Shown one piece after another: positions 10,353 through 23,934 of a stretch of DNA of 64,000 bases (positions within the stretch are counted from its first letter, which is position 1; every line of letters starts with the position of its first letter). Location of the stretch: assembly GCA_047495785.1 (NCBI GenBank), contig JBLDXI010000026.1, positions 1,302,001 to 1,366,000 on the forward strand, written 5' to 3'. Source of the stretch: Lepidodermella squamata (Eukaryota > Animalia > Gastrotricha). Below the pieces are notes generated by a model that ran no database searches, had not been told where the DNA came from, and worked only from the letters and a program-made list of their open reading frames with translations. Both the position numbers and the translations under genes were made by a program.

Positions 10353-13300
10353 ATGAATAAAGGCGACGTAATTATCAAGTTGGAGACCAAATCGGCCAGA
10401 GTGAAAGGTAAAATTCTTCCTTTGTTAAGTTTGAGCAATCACCCGATGCCTGTTTTCCCCAGGTATTTGCTTTCACCCGAAGCGCCCATGGGTCTTGGCT
10501 AGCTTGCACAATGGTGTCATCCAGCTTTGGGACTTCCGCATGTCCACGCTGATCGACAAATTCGATGAGCACGACGGACCTGTTCGTGGTATTGATTTCC
10601 ACTTCAACCAACCTCTATTCGTTTCGGGAGGCGATGATTACAAAATCAAAGTATGGAACTACAAGCAACGCCGCTGCTTGTTTACTCTATTAGGACATTT
10701 GGACTACATTCGAACTACTTTCTTCCACCGGGTATGTTTGGTTTTAGCTGCATACTGAAATATTCAAATTAAACATTGAACACAGGAATACCCGTGGATT
10801 CTGAGTTGCTCTGATGACCAGACTCTTCGTATTTGGAACTGGCAGTCGCGTAATTGCATCTCGTGAGTTGTTTGAATGTCAACTAGTCCCAATTTTATAT
10901 TTGTCTATTTCTCGTAGCATTTTGACTGGACATAGCCACTACGTTATGTGTGCTCAGTTCCACCCTACCGAGGATTTAATTGTGTCTGCCTCGTTGGATC
11001 AGACCGTCCGTGTATGGGACATCTCTGGCCTGAAGCGCAAATCTATTGCTCCTACGTCGACCACTCTCGACGCTGATCACCGCATGCCGTCGTCTTCGTC
11101 TGTCGGCGGAACTAATAATCAGCAAATGGACCTTTTTGGCATGCCTGATGCTGTTGTGAAACACGTTTTGGAAGGACACGATCGTGGCGTAAACTGGGTT
11201 GCCTTTCACCCTACGCAACCATTGGTTGTCTCTGGCGCTGACGATCGCCTTGTTAAATTATGGCGTATGAACGAGTCCAAGGCCTGGGAAGTCGATACTT
11301 GCCGAGGCCACTATAACAACGTCAGCAGCGTTCTATTCCATCCTCGCCAAGACTTGATCCTCAGTAACTCCGAAGACAAGTCGATCCGAATTTGGGATTC
11401 TAGGAAGCGACAAGCCGTTCAAACTATTCGTCGTGATAACGACCGTTTCTGGATTATGAACGCGCATCCGAATCTTAACTTGTTTGCCGCTGGTCATGAT
11501 TCTGGTTTGATCATTTTCAAGCTGGAACGTGAGCGACCCGCCTACACTGTTTCTGGCAATTTGCTGTTCTACCTGAAGGATAAGCAAATTCGCCGTGTTG
11601 ATTTGACGACTTCGAAGGACGTCGCCGTGGGCCAGTTGCGTGAAACGCCTCGACCTGCCGTTCATGCCCTGGCTTACAACCAAGCTGAGAATGCGATTTT
11701 GTTATCGACTCGTATTGCATCTGGCGCTGACCAGCCTGCTTTTGAGCTAGTCATCCTGCCTAAGGAACCCACTGGTGGCGAGCCTGATGTTGTTGACTCA
11801 CGCCGTTCACCTGGCGCTGATGCTGTCTGGGTCGCCCGTAACCGATTCGCCGTTCTTGAAAAGGGCCATAACGTCGTTATTCGAAGCCTTACTAATGAAG
11901 TTTCGAAGAAAATTCCGCTCTCAAACTGCGATGAAATTTTCTACGCTGGAACTGGTTGCGTTTTGCTCCGTGATGGCGACAACATCACCCTGTTTGATGT
12001 CCAACAAAAGCGCACTCTCGCTACTGTTCGATCACCGAGAGTTAAATTTGCCTGCTGGTCACCTGACATGTCTCAGCTGGCTTTGCTCGGTCGCACTGTC
12101 ATTACTATCTGCGATCGTCGTCTCACCTCGCTCTGCTCGATTCAAGAGAGCTCGCGAGTTAAGTCTGGAGCTTGGGACGATTCAGGAGTTTTCGTCTACA
12201 CGACTGCTTCTCATATCAAATATCTGCTACCGAATGGGTAAGTATCGCAATTATTAAGGAGTATGCTGTATAACACATTTTATTTTTGTGATCTCATTTA
12301 ATTCATTTGATTTACAATTTGCAGTGATGCCGGTACTATCCGCACTCTCGATGTCCCACTATACCTGACTCGAGTTAAGGGCAACCAAGTTTTCTGTCTG
12401 GATCGCGAATGCCGCCCGCGCGTTTTCAACATCGACCCAACCGAATTCCGTTTCAAGCTTGCTTTGATCAACCGCCGCTACGAAGACATTCTACACATGG
12501 TCCGAAGCGCTCGTTTGGTTGGCCAGTCGATTATCGCCTATCTGCAGAAGAAAGGTTACCCAGAAGTTGCGCTTCACTTTGTCCGTGATGAGCGCACCCG
12601 TTTTGCTCTTGCTCTCGACTGCGGTAATCTCGACATTGCCCTGCAATCTGCTCGTTCCATCGACGAGAAATGGGCATGGGAGAAACTGGGCGAAGCTGCC
12701 CTGCTTCAAGGCAACCAGCAAATTGTCGAAATGGCGTATCAGCGCACGAAAAATTTCGAAAAGTTGACCTTTTTGTACCTGGTCACCGGAAATTTGGAGA
12801 AACTGCGCAAAATGATGAAAATCGCTGAGATCCGCCGCGACAGCTCGGCCCAATTCGTCGACGCCATGTTCTTGGGCGATGTCGAAGAGCGCGTTAAATT
12901 GCTGAAAGCATGCGGACAGAAGACGCTGGCTTTCGCAACTGCTGCTACCCATGGGTTGGACGAGGAAGCTCAGGAGCTAGCTGAGTCGTTGGGAGAGAGC
13001 ATTCCTACCCTGAAACCTGATGCTGAGATGATCATGCCACCACGACCAATTGCCCCGCTTCAGACAAACTGGCCACTTCTGGCTGTTCAGCGAGGTGTTT
13101 TCGATGCGGTTATGACCACGGCTAAGGCTCATGAAGATACGGCTGCCCCGGTTGCAGGTGGAGCTGCGGCTACTTCGGCCACTATGATGCCGATGGACAC
13201 CGATGTTGACGGGGCTGGTTGGGGCGATGACGATGTCGTTCTCGAAACTGACGGAGCCGGTGTTGAGGGAGGTGAGACCGGAGAAGACGGCGGCGGTTGG

Positions 13301-14320
13301 GATGTCGATATTTCTGCTGATATTCCTCTACCGACCCCGACTGCAGACTCTAGTGGAGCTAATGTTGAAGTCGTTCCATCGACCGGCCAAACTGTTGAAC
13401 GATTCTGGGCGGCGAATGCCCAACTAGCCCACGATGCTTTGAAGGCGGGTGCTTTCGAAACAGCCGGAGCGTTATTGAACAGCCAAATTGGAGCTGTCAA
13501 CCTGGAGTCGATCCGTCAAATCGCTGTTCAATTGCGTTCATCCTCAACCGCTTTTGTCCCGACTTTACCTGGTCTATCTGCTGTGAGCGTTCCGTTGAAT
13601 CGGAACTGGAAAGAAGCGTCGCCCCGAAACTGGCTACCGGCTGTTGGAGTTCGCTTGGCTCCTCTTCTCGAACAGCTTCAATCTGCCTATCAATTGACAA
13701 CTCAAGGCAAATTCTCCGATGCGTTGAATCGGTTCCGATTCTTGCTTCAATCCGTTCCATTGTTGGTTGTCGAGACGAAACCTGAAATCGGAGAGGCGAC
13801 TCAGCTGATTGAAATTTGCCGTGAATACGTTTTGGGCTTATCGATGGAAGTTGCTCGGAAGCAATTGCCTGAATCTGAGCTGAAACGTAACTGCGAAATG
13901 GCGGCATACTTCACCCATGTCGGTCTTCAACCTCTCCACAAGCAACTGACCCTCCGCACCGCGCTGAGCATCGCGTTCAAGGGGAAGTGCTATAAGACTG
14001 CTGCTAGTTTCGCTCGGCGGTTGTTGGAAATGGGCCCGAAACCCGATGTTGCGACTCAAACTCGCAAAATCTTAGCGGCTTGTGAACAGCAAGCGGCGAG
14101 TGGCGATGCCTTTGCGTTGGTTTACGACGAGCTGAACCCGTTCGACGTTTGCGCCGCGACTTTCACGCCCATCTACCGTGGCCGCCCCATCGTGAAATGC
14201 CCGTTCTGTTCATCTGCATACCAACCGGATGCTGGAGCAGGCCGGACGTGTCATATTTGTCAGCTTTGTGAAGTTGGAAAAGCTGTGAGCGGTCTCAAGA
14301 TCGCGACGTTCCAACGTTAA
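10353..14320 (+). CDS. COPA: Coatomer subunit alpha (5 coding exons)
   Basis: [34 protein letters not shown]40 repeats, [24 protein letters not shown]-terminal Cys-rich region ([11 protein letters not shown]...CPFC). Confidence 0.98.
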
Positions 14321-14581
14321 AATATTTCTGCTGCAAAGACTACTAACTTTATCTATGATATAATTTGTGACTGTGACCGAAAAATAATTCCGGCTCTTGG
14401 AAATGGTTAGTGCATGATTAATATTTGGTTCAACCATGTTATTCCCTCCTGAGCTTTTGGGTGAAAGGCATGTGCAAACATTATTTCGGTGTTAACTTGC
14501 AAATAAAAAAAGTTATTCACAATTTTCGTCGTTTTTTATTCTAAAATTATCAATGGTTGTAATTTATTTGATCACATTGTG

Positions 14582-15337
14582 TCAGTTTTTGTTTTCTTTC
14601 GAGTCAAGAAACCGCTTCAAGTCAGCACGAACGTCGTATTGATAGCCGCCTTTGCGAGCTAGGTCGACCTGACTTTTAATAAAAGCTTCCGGATCAAAAG
14701 CGTCAGCTGATTTAGCAACAGTATCCAGCTCTTCCTGGAAAGATTTCGCCTTTTTCTTCTCACGTTCAAAACGAATTTTACGTAGCTTGAAGCGCATTCG
14801 TTTCAGCCACTTGACATAACGATGGCGACGCATGCGAATGCGCCGTAGCCGCTTTACGTTTCGGCCCTGGTGCATTTTACATTGGATACCAGCTGGTGAT
14901 TGTTTGCCAACTTCTGGATCAGAAATCTACAGCAAAAATATAGGAAATAACAATAAGCGGGATAACTTAGTGGCGCAACTTGCCTCTTTCCTCGGCAAAA
15001 CCGATGGCGGAACGTCGTAGTTGACATTTTCTTCGATATCGAAGTCAAAATTAATCCATGTATTGCTAAACGTCGAGTTGAAGGCTTCTGGTAGAGGAAG
15101 CGGCACCGGAGCTTGGTTGACTGGCGTCCTCATTGGCATCGAGTAAACCAGGTTTATCGCACATGCAGTTGGCAGAGAAATCACGGTATTCCGCTGCGTC
15201 GGATCGACAACTGGTGCCAAAGGCAATCGACGCGTCGGCAAAATTTTTACTCCATTGGCAGGGTTAGCTTGGATCGCGGGAATAGAAATGCACTCATTCA
15301 AGCGCAGCAACCTCCGAATCGGAGTTAACCGAGACAT
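14582..15337 (-). CDS. AURKAIP1: Mitoribosomal mS38 / AURKAIP1-like protein (exons 15337-14984 and 14926-14582)
   Basis: Basic presequence-like N-terminus; RRIRMRRHRYVKWLKRMRF basic motif typical of DUF1713/COX24; in-frame splicing uses a GC-AG intron. Confidence 0.75.
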
Positions 15338-17556
15338 TTAAAAATTTCTACAGGGACAAAACCGCATATTTTCGTTCGATTAAAAGTTAAGCAAGATTTG
15401 TACGCAAGCAAAAATTATATCCACTCATCTTGGGGATATGTACTATGTACTATACTGAAATTGCAGTAACTAATCGTGAATCTCAACAAGGACATCTCGA
15501 AATCAGAGTTAGCCCAAACAGAGAGTGAAAAGTGGCATACTCCACCACAACAATAAGGCTTCGGTTGGAATTATCAGCAAAGATCATTCGCTAAAATCAT
15601 GAGGCCAAACGAAGGCTATGGCACGGGATATATGTCCTTCTGTCCTCCTCTGCCAAATATAGTGCTTCAAAATCCTAACTTCAAGATGAAGACGAAGCAG
15701 GAGAGAACAAACCAGTTGCGAGTGTGATTTTAAAAGTTATTCTCGGCCACTGTTTAGACGAATTGGAAACAGTACACATTTTGAATAAAGAATAGTGAAG
15801 TTTTAGGTATTCTGTTTGCATTATCTCACAATGCAATGCACATTATTAAATAATCGCCATTCGTAAAGCTAACGTTTTTCGTTCGTTTTGGGTTTAAAAA
15901 CACGTCGCTGAAAGATTAAGTTACGATTAAGTTACTCATAATAAGTATATTTTGCTCCGCTACGTTTGCTCCGCTATTTTTGCTTCTGCTACTTTGCTAG
16001 GCCGCAGTTTACTTAGCTTGTTAGTTGAGCCTCTAAATGCCGCCAGTCTCTATACCAAATAGCTACCCTTGGGGCTGGCGAGGTGCCTGCTCGTCAATTG
16101 CGATGCACTTTTCGAGCCTACGCAATATCTTCTCAAGGGTAGGTGTCCGATATGCGACAATAATTTCACTACCCATACGACGTCACGGACGGATGGGCAC
16201 TACTCATCCCCTACACACTTTACCACAAATATACATGGGGAGCGATGAACCCCTTCCGTTCCAGCGCAAATTCCAGGCAGTATAACGAAAGCGACCTAAG
16301 TAAACTTTTAAATCTAGAGTCCAACGACGACAATGAAGCCTTGCCAATAATAAAGAACCTTCTCTTTAGCGTTAGCTTTAAATTTAAAGCTTTAAATGAC
16401 CATACCGGCCAAACCGGCGGCTTAAGATGGAAGATGTTGAAAATTAGAATTAGGTGAAACTTTGCGAACTAAGAGTAAGTACTAATTCAAGCTAGTACTA
16501 ATTGATCGTTTCGCAATGGAATAAGAATCCGGAAAGCGAGGAATATCTTACTACTAATTCTTCAAAGCAGTTCCAAACTTCATAAAACAAAGATTTTCGG
16601 TGTTTTCACCACTTGGAGCTAAGTATTGAAAAAGCACCTAAATTCGCATTGGAGTTACACGTGGGACGGAGCTTGACACTTGATGAACGTTACAGCGTTG
16701 CAGTAGGATGAGATAAAATTCAGCAACAACAAAGACTCCACTCGACGACAACCGGCATGAAAGCTGCAAGAAGGCAGACTCCACTCTCGGCGGAACGCCA
16801 AAAAAACTCACACCGGCAAAAAAGTTTTCGCGATCAGCTGAGACACGTGTTTTTTATTTTATTTTCATTAAAAACCTCAACAACGTGCTAGTAATAGAGC
16901 ATTTTACGGTGTATCATGTGAATGCAAAAATTTGCGAACAAATAAACATGTGAAAAGCATTTGAGTGTCAGGTGGTTTTTCTGCTTGTCGCCGAGTCATT
17001 ATTCACTGATGTCTTTTTTTGAAACCTGGTCCAAGTCAGCACCTTCACCTGAGGCTTGATAGACTCGTACTTCGTACTCGATTTGACGTAATCGCATACT
17101 TATATGTTCTTTCTTACCATGATACATCGATTTTGGTGGTGATTTTTATTCGCAGTCAAGTGAAAAGACAACAGCTGACGCATGATCGTTATTGCGCAAC
17201 GCCCTATTCTATTAGGCAAGAGAGAGCAACTTATTACCTCAATCGCTTTGCGGGTCCCGTTTATGTTAGCCCGTTAGCCTGTAGTGCTTAGCTTTTGTAC
17301 TAATTTTTTTAAATTAGTTTCTCAATCGTAACTCTGTTAATTTATTTTCCCTGGAATGAATGCTGAAGCATCAAGCTTGTACGGATTTTCGTCATCGTCC
17401 TATAGTGTCCCTGATAGAGCGTGTATCAATAAAATATCTTTATTATTTGAGCATAGGTAATAGGCGTAATCGCGAATTGAAGAGCAATGATAGCCATGTC
17501 TAGCGTGATTTTTGATGGCTTAGATAGGTTCTAATTTTAGGGCACCTGTATTTAGA

Positions 17557-18588
17557 ATGAGAATATTCTTGTCGTTGTTCCTGTTCGCGCTGTTGGGCAG
17601 TTCCTCTTACTGCTGGTTCGGTATGGGTGACGATGCGACTGTTACCGACAAACCTCCTGCGGAAGCTGCAACTGCTGAAACCCCTAAAACAGAAACCACA
17701 ACCACTGCCGGTGAAACCGTGACCGCTGCGGCCACAGAACATGCTGCTGGTGACGTTCACGAAACGCCTGCTGAAGAAGGAAGTGAAACTTTCCATGAAG
17801 GAGAGCAACCTGAGGCTGACTCCGGTGTTCAAGAAGAAAACCCTTATGATGCATGGGATTTCTACATGTACACTGTTAAGGACATGGCGGGCAACGATTT
17901 TTCGCTTGAGGCTTACCGTGGCTACGTATGTTTTGCTTACCGAATAGTTTTGAACAGTCATTTGAGCAAGTCATTTTAGGTTACTCTTGTCGTTAATGTT
18001 GCTAGCAACTGCGGTTATACCGATGCCGGTTATAAAGACTTGGTCGCTCTTCAAACTAAATTTGAACCTACTGGAGCTTTCACGGTTTTGGCCTTCCCCT
18101 GCAACCAATTCTGGGAGCAAGAACCTGGGGTGAGATTTTCAAAACGAACAGAGTTGCCATACATTTGATGTTGTAGACTAACGAAGAAATTCTGCGCCTT
18201 GTCACCGACAAATACCAAGCTAATTTCCCCATTTTCGGCAAGACCGACGTCCATGGTGACAATGCTACTGATGCTTGGCATTATCTTGCCCGTATGCTCT
18301 CGTTGTTATTCATTACGATCATGTCGCTTATTACAACATTTTACAGAGGCGACCGGCTATGCTCCTCAGTGGAATTTCTGGAAATATCTAATTGATCAAA
18401 ATGGTAAAGTTATCGATGTCTGGAGCCATGAGACCGCCGCCATCGAATTGGAAGGATGGATTGAAGATGCCATTAGCAAAGCCCTTGCCCAAGCTGAAGG
18501 TTCGTTCGTCGGCGAAGGAACTTTTTCTGACTTCGACGCCGGAAACGAGACTACCCACTCCCACCACGAGCATGCTGAAGAGCTATAA
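17557..18588 (+). CDS. GPX7: ER glutathione peroxidase GPX7/8-like (Cys-type), 4 exons
   Basis: Signal peptide; [28 protein letters not shown]; C-terminal AEEL; Thr/Glu-rich N-terminal extension. Confidence 0.85.
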
Positions 18589-19019
18589 TTTTGATATTGA
18601 CTGATTACAAATCTTGTCAACAAACGCTTAATTCCCGGCGTCTGTTCCTATTAAACATGCATCCGTAGCAATTTTAGCCGGGTTAGTTATTAAACTGCAT
18701 GAGTCCCGGGTTGTGCATTTTTTGAGCTTTAAATTTGCTCCATCTCTACTTTCATTATGACTAAAACGAGTGATTTCTTCCCTCAATTCACTTTTTGCTT
18801 TAATGTATTGTTGGCATGAGCTTCCATTTGAAGTATTATGTGAAATGCAATTATTTACTACAAAATAATATATTCACACTAGTATTTGTGACGAAATGTA
18901 TGACAACGAAAGAATCTCGATAACGAAATGATATAAGGCTTCAAAGCTGTGACATTCCACAAATATACGCCCAGCTTGTTTCGATTTGTCATCTCAATCT
19001 TAGGGTTGTTTAAATAAAA

Positions 19020-20565
19020 ATGTTTTTATTACGGAGATGCGCAATTCGTTGTTATTCATCCTCCACAGCAGCGCCAGTTTCTCAAACGAAAGCATCTCGA
19101 GAGGTAACAAGCGATTACTCAAGAAATTGTAACAAAAAATGCCGCTTCTAGCCTGTAGCTGATATTAAGGTGGCTGAGTACGTGAAACGACGTGCGGATT
19201 TGGCGAATTTTCTCTCGAGCTTGTCACCAGAGCAAAGTCATTACGTCATCGTGCCTGGCCTGAGTTTATCTTTCAGCGCTCCTGACGTGCCTCATCTCTT
19301 CAGACAACGTGCCTCCTTTCGTTACCTCACTGGAATAACAGACCCGAATGCGTGTTTACTGTTGCAAGTGAACAACCCGGGTAAACACATCAAAAGCACC
19401 GTATTTTACGAGGAGACTAATGAGGAGATACGCATTTGGGAGGGAAAGCGTCTGGATGCCGACTCAGCTGTTTCTCAATCAGGAGCCGATGAATCGAAGC
19501 CAATTAACGAATTTCATTCAGTTATATCGCAAAATTTGGCACGTAAAAACAAGTCCGCGTATCAATTGTGGTTTGATGACTACAATTTGGCTGATAGTGG
19601 TGCGCCGCCTGTTCCGCGTGAGGTCAAGGGTTTACAGGGGAATTACGGCTCATTTCGCTCCGTTAGTTCTCACATCCATCGTCAGCGAGTGGTTAAATCT
19701 GAGCAAGAAATTGCGCTTATGCGATACGCAGCCAACGCGGCGGCTAATTCTATGAAGAGCGCGGCGCGTTTCAGCCGTCATGCCGTGTCAGAATTCGCGC
19801 TAGAGGCCGCTTTCGAGCACTCGGTGAAGACGCAGTACGACTGCCGGCGATTATCTTTCCCGAGCGTTGTTGCCGCGGGTGAAAATGCGACAGCGCTGCA
19901 TTACCTTGCCAACGAAAAACGACTAGTAAATAACAGCAATGAAACGGTGTTGATGGACGCGGGTTGCGAGTATCGGGGCTATTGCAGTGATATGAGTAGA
20001 GTGTGGCCGCTGTCCGGCCGCTTCTCGCCGGCCCAACGCTGTCTCTACCAGGCTTTGTTATCAGTGCACGAACAATGCGTTCACCTGGTTCGTCCGGGCA
20101 TTTCGCTAGAACTGGTCTACTCACGTATGCTGGATATGATCGGCAGCGCGGCGAAAGAAGTCGGCATAATCAAGTACGTGCGACTTGTTTGCGTTATTTT
20201 GCGTAACATTGTATTAATGTTTGTGCTGCAGAAATTCGAGCCGGGTCAACAATTTGCCGCTTTCCGCGATCGGCCGGCGTCTTTGTCCGCATCACGTGTC
20301 GCACCATTTGGGGCTCGACGTTCACGACTGCTCGCTAATTTCGCGTGGTGAGCCTCTGCTGCCCAACTCGGTCGTCACAGTCGAGCCGGGCATTTATATC
20401 AGGCCCGAGTGGAGTGCCGACTACCGCCCGGAATTTTTAGGCATCGGCATGCGGCTCGAGGATGACGTTGTCGTGCAGCAAGAAGCGTCTAAATCACCCG
20501 AAATATTAACTTCAGCTTTTTTAATGAAAATCGACCATGTCGAGAAATTGGTTTCCGACGCTTAA
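19020..20565 (+). CDS. XPNPEP3: Mitochondrial Xaa-Pro aminopeptidase 3 (Icp55-like), 3 exons
   Basis: Presequence MFLLRRCAIRCYSS; FRQRASFRYLTG; M24 metal ligands in DAGCE..SD, HHVSHHLG, EPGIY, RLEDD. Confidence 0.92.
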
Positions 20566-20972
20566 CATATTTTGATAATTGGAAAAAGATTAATGAAAAA
20601 TTATTTTCAAAAATATATCTTCATGTTTTTTCTCTTTCGTCTGTGCAAAAGATTTGTCAGGGGCGGAATCGAATTATAAAGAATTTAAAATCACATTTGT
20701 TAAATTTAAATTACGGGGGAAATGTAGCGGCAAAAATGAAATTGATCCAATTAATCAATTAGGAATGTCTGAGCATTAACTGTTATTCGTTGTCATTTGA
20801 CAATGAGATCAATAGGACGAATATTTGGAAAAAGACGAAATCTTTCGACATTTTCATGTCTTTGGCAAAAGGTCGTAACCCATTTAATCTCGACTAGACA
20901 CGGCTTGACAGCTGCAATTGGGCAAATGATAACCTAATATTATCTAGTTTAAACCGGTTTAAAAATTGGGAA

Positions 20973-22077
20973 ATGGCTAGTCTTAGGACAAACAAAGTCC
21001 ATTTAATGCATTATTCAATTCCGCCATGTCTGACAATTCTTTTTCACGACACTAGCATGTCAAAGTCTAGCCCGTTAAATTATTGTGTTAGTCTGGTGAA
21101 AAAACTGGATTATGAGGGCTACCTAGCGACGTTATTCTACCCAAAGGACGCTCGATCACCTGCTTTCACGGTCAGAGCTCTCAATCTCGAGCTAGCCCAA
21201 GCTTATCACGCGAGTAAAGACCGACACGTCTCGAAAGCTCGTCTCCAATTTTGGATGAATGTCAGTTTGAGAAAATGACAGAAAAACGAAAAGATGTAAA
21301 AAAAAATAATTTTTTAAGGCGGTTGAAAATATTTGCCGAACGGCCAAAAGTGGTGGTGATTTAACGAAACTACCTCCTGATACCCCGGCGACACCCGTTT
21401 GCCAAGCCCTGGCGAAATATGCCGCTGATCGAAAGTTGCCTGAATACTGGTTGAAACGCCTCGTTAGCGCTAGGCTGACTGCCTCAGAAACATTTGCCAC
21501 CCTGGCCGAAATGGAACAGTACGGCGAAGATACACAGGCTACGATGAACTATTTAATGCTTCATGTGTTGGGTATCAAAGAAATGAGTGCCGATATGGCG
21601 GCTCGGCATCTCGGGAAAGGCGTGACAATCGTCAATTTTATCCGATCAATCCCTACCTGTGCGAGGCGAAGTCTCCCTCCCCCTGTTCCAACAGCTTTGA
21701 TCGAAAAGCACAAAGTTCCCCATGTAAAAATGAATTTTTCAAAGTTTACTGATTTTTTTTCAAAAATTAATTTATTTCAGCAAGCTTTGATGAAGGGTAA
21801 AGCTGATGCTGCGCTTCGAGCTGCGATTTTTGAAATGGCTGATGCCGCGAATAGTCACTTTGTTCTTGCGGCTGATTTGCGTAAGAAAATCAAAACCGAA
21901 GCTCGGCTTTTATACCTCCCAGCCGAACCAATCCAACGGTACCTGGATCAATTGCGAAATGCTTATTTCAATCCGTTCGACCAAGAACTGCTCAAACTTG
22001 AACAGAAACGAAACCACCTCTTAGCCTGGCGACTATGGGCGTTGAATTACAAAAACAAACGCCTTAAAAATCCTTGA
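20973..22077 (+). CDS. NDUFAF6: Complex I assembly factor 6 (phytoene/squalene synthase fold); start codon uncertain
   Basis: YCVSLVKKLDYEGYLATLF, RALNLELA, RLQFW, EQYGEDT, AARHLGKGVTIVNFIRSIP, FNPFD. Confidence 0.9.
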
Positions 22078-22151
22078 TTATCTGAAATAAATAATATAAT
22101 TTTCGAAAATTTTTTTTTTAGGATTTTTTTATTTTATAAAATTAGCTACAA

Positions 22152-23934
22152 ATGCAATTTTTGCGGTTATTTCAGTCTTCATCATTCGTCTCGAAGCAGC
22201 CGATTTTAATAAGGGCCTTATCGACTGCGCAGACAAAACCAGTGGAGGGTAGCCAGCAAAAGGACGCAGTTCGTGAACTTCGCAAACGTACGGGTTATTC
22301 GTTTTCGCACATTAAAAAAGCGCTAGAAAAGCACAATTACGACATTGCCGAGTCTGAAAAATGGCTGCGTGCCGAAGCGAAACGATTGGGCTGGGAGAAG
22401 GCGACAGGTCTGGCGTCCCGCGTGTCTAAACAGGGCCTAATTGGAGTCCTTGAATCAGACAACGGTTTGACGATGATTGAGCTAAATTGCGAGACAGACT
22501 TCGTGGCGAAAAACAAGCGATTTCACAATTTACTCAGCACGATCTGTCACTCAGTGTCTAAAGCCACACCGGCTAGTCAGCCAATCAACAACAAAAAATG
22601 GTAATTGAATTGTGATTTGATCAAATTTAACGGTCCATTAATTTAGATGAGATCTGACCATTAATTACGAATATGCAGGAGATTTACTACTCCTAAATGC
22701 GCCGAAATTGAAGGAAATTCTGACGACAAGTGGGCTTATACTTGAAGTTCTTGTGAAATTCGTCTCAGACTTAATAATTCTGAACATTTCATTTTTTAAT
22801 TAAAAAAAACATTTCCTTCACAATTTCCAATGCAAATTGGATGCATTCGCAAATGGGCGTCCAAAATTACTCACAAGTTATTCAGAGTTCAACACGTTTA
22901 AAATGGACAAAATCCAGCTAAAAATAGAATAATTTTTAAATTTACTGGAAAATCCGAAGTCACCCTTTTTATATTTCTTTTTTTTTGCATAGCTGATTTT
23001 TAGCCTTCGGAAAAAATGTATGTGTCTTTAATTAACCCTTTACGGTACCCTGAGCTGCAATTGAAAGCTGGCTTAAAGCTTAATGAGTAAATTAATTAAG
23101 TAAACATGCAGTTTCGATGATTTTGATGTAGATTAGAAGACAAAATTTAGAGGATTCGGAGACGTCCTGCCTTTGCACTGATCAGTTTCCTGCAAAAACA
23201 GACATTTTTTGCTGTACTTGATTATCAATTATTGAAACCGTATGAAAATTGTCGTAATCCAACAGACATGAGATTGAAATGTCAATACAAACCAATTAAC
23301 CCATTGTCTTTACATATGATTCAAGTTCGATTCTATTCCAATCAGGTCCGATTTGAATGTCACCGCTGTTTCAGCAGCTAAAGCGATTTCAGGCGGTTCT
23401 TCAATCGCTGATTTGATAGCCGGAGAAGTCGGGCATATCGGCGAGAAAATTCAGCTACGCCGCGGGCTTTTCTGGCCGAAATCCGGCGGAAACGACGCCG
23501 CTGTAGCCTATATGGTGCACCCAGTGTCAACCATGCCCGGGGTTGTTGAGACTGAACTTGGCCCGTTGAATGTTGGCAAATACGCGGCGATTGTCGAGGC
23601 GCGTCGCGACGCTTCGAAGCCAAAAGTTGACGCTGAAATCGAGCATTTACCCGTTCAAACCGCGTGCCAACAACTGGCTCAACACGTCATCGGCATGAAC
23701 CCGGATAAAATTCACCCGGAGAAGAAGGAAAAACAAGAAAAATCAGATGAAAACGAAGCGAAAGAGGCGGAACCGCAGCGGGACGATCGCGCCTTAGTCA
23801 ATCAAACTTTTGTGCTAGATGAAGACATTTCGGTTGGCGAATTTCTCGAGGAACAGTCTATCGAAATTGTCGATTTTGTGCGTTTCGAAGTTGGCGAGCC
23901 GACTGCAGCCGATGAGACAAAAAAACACGATTGA
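22152..23934 (+). CDS. TSFM: Mitochondrial elongation factor Ts (exons 22152-22600 and 23346-23934)
   Basis: ELRKRTGYSF..KKAL, ELNCETDFVAKN, GEKIQLRRG, LAQHVIGMNP, FVRFEVGE. Confidence 0.95.

Noticed and set aside
15950-16460. TTTGCTCCGCTA repeats and short ORFs
   Set aside because: Probably TE debris; no matching terminus or recognisable domain
17980-18030. Selenocysteine GPx
   Set aside because: The active-site codon is TGC (Cys), not TGA
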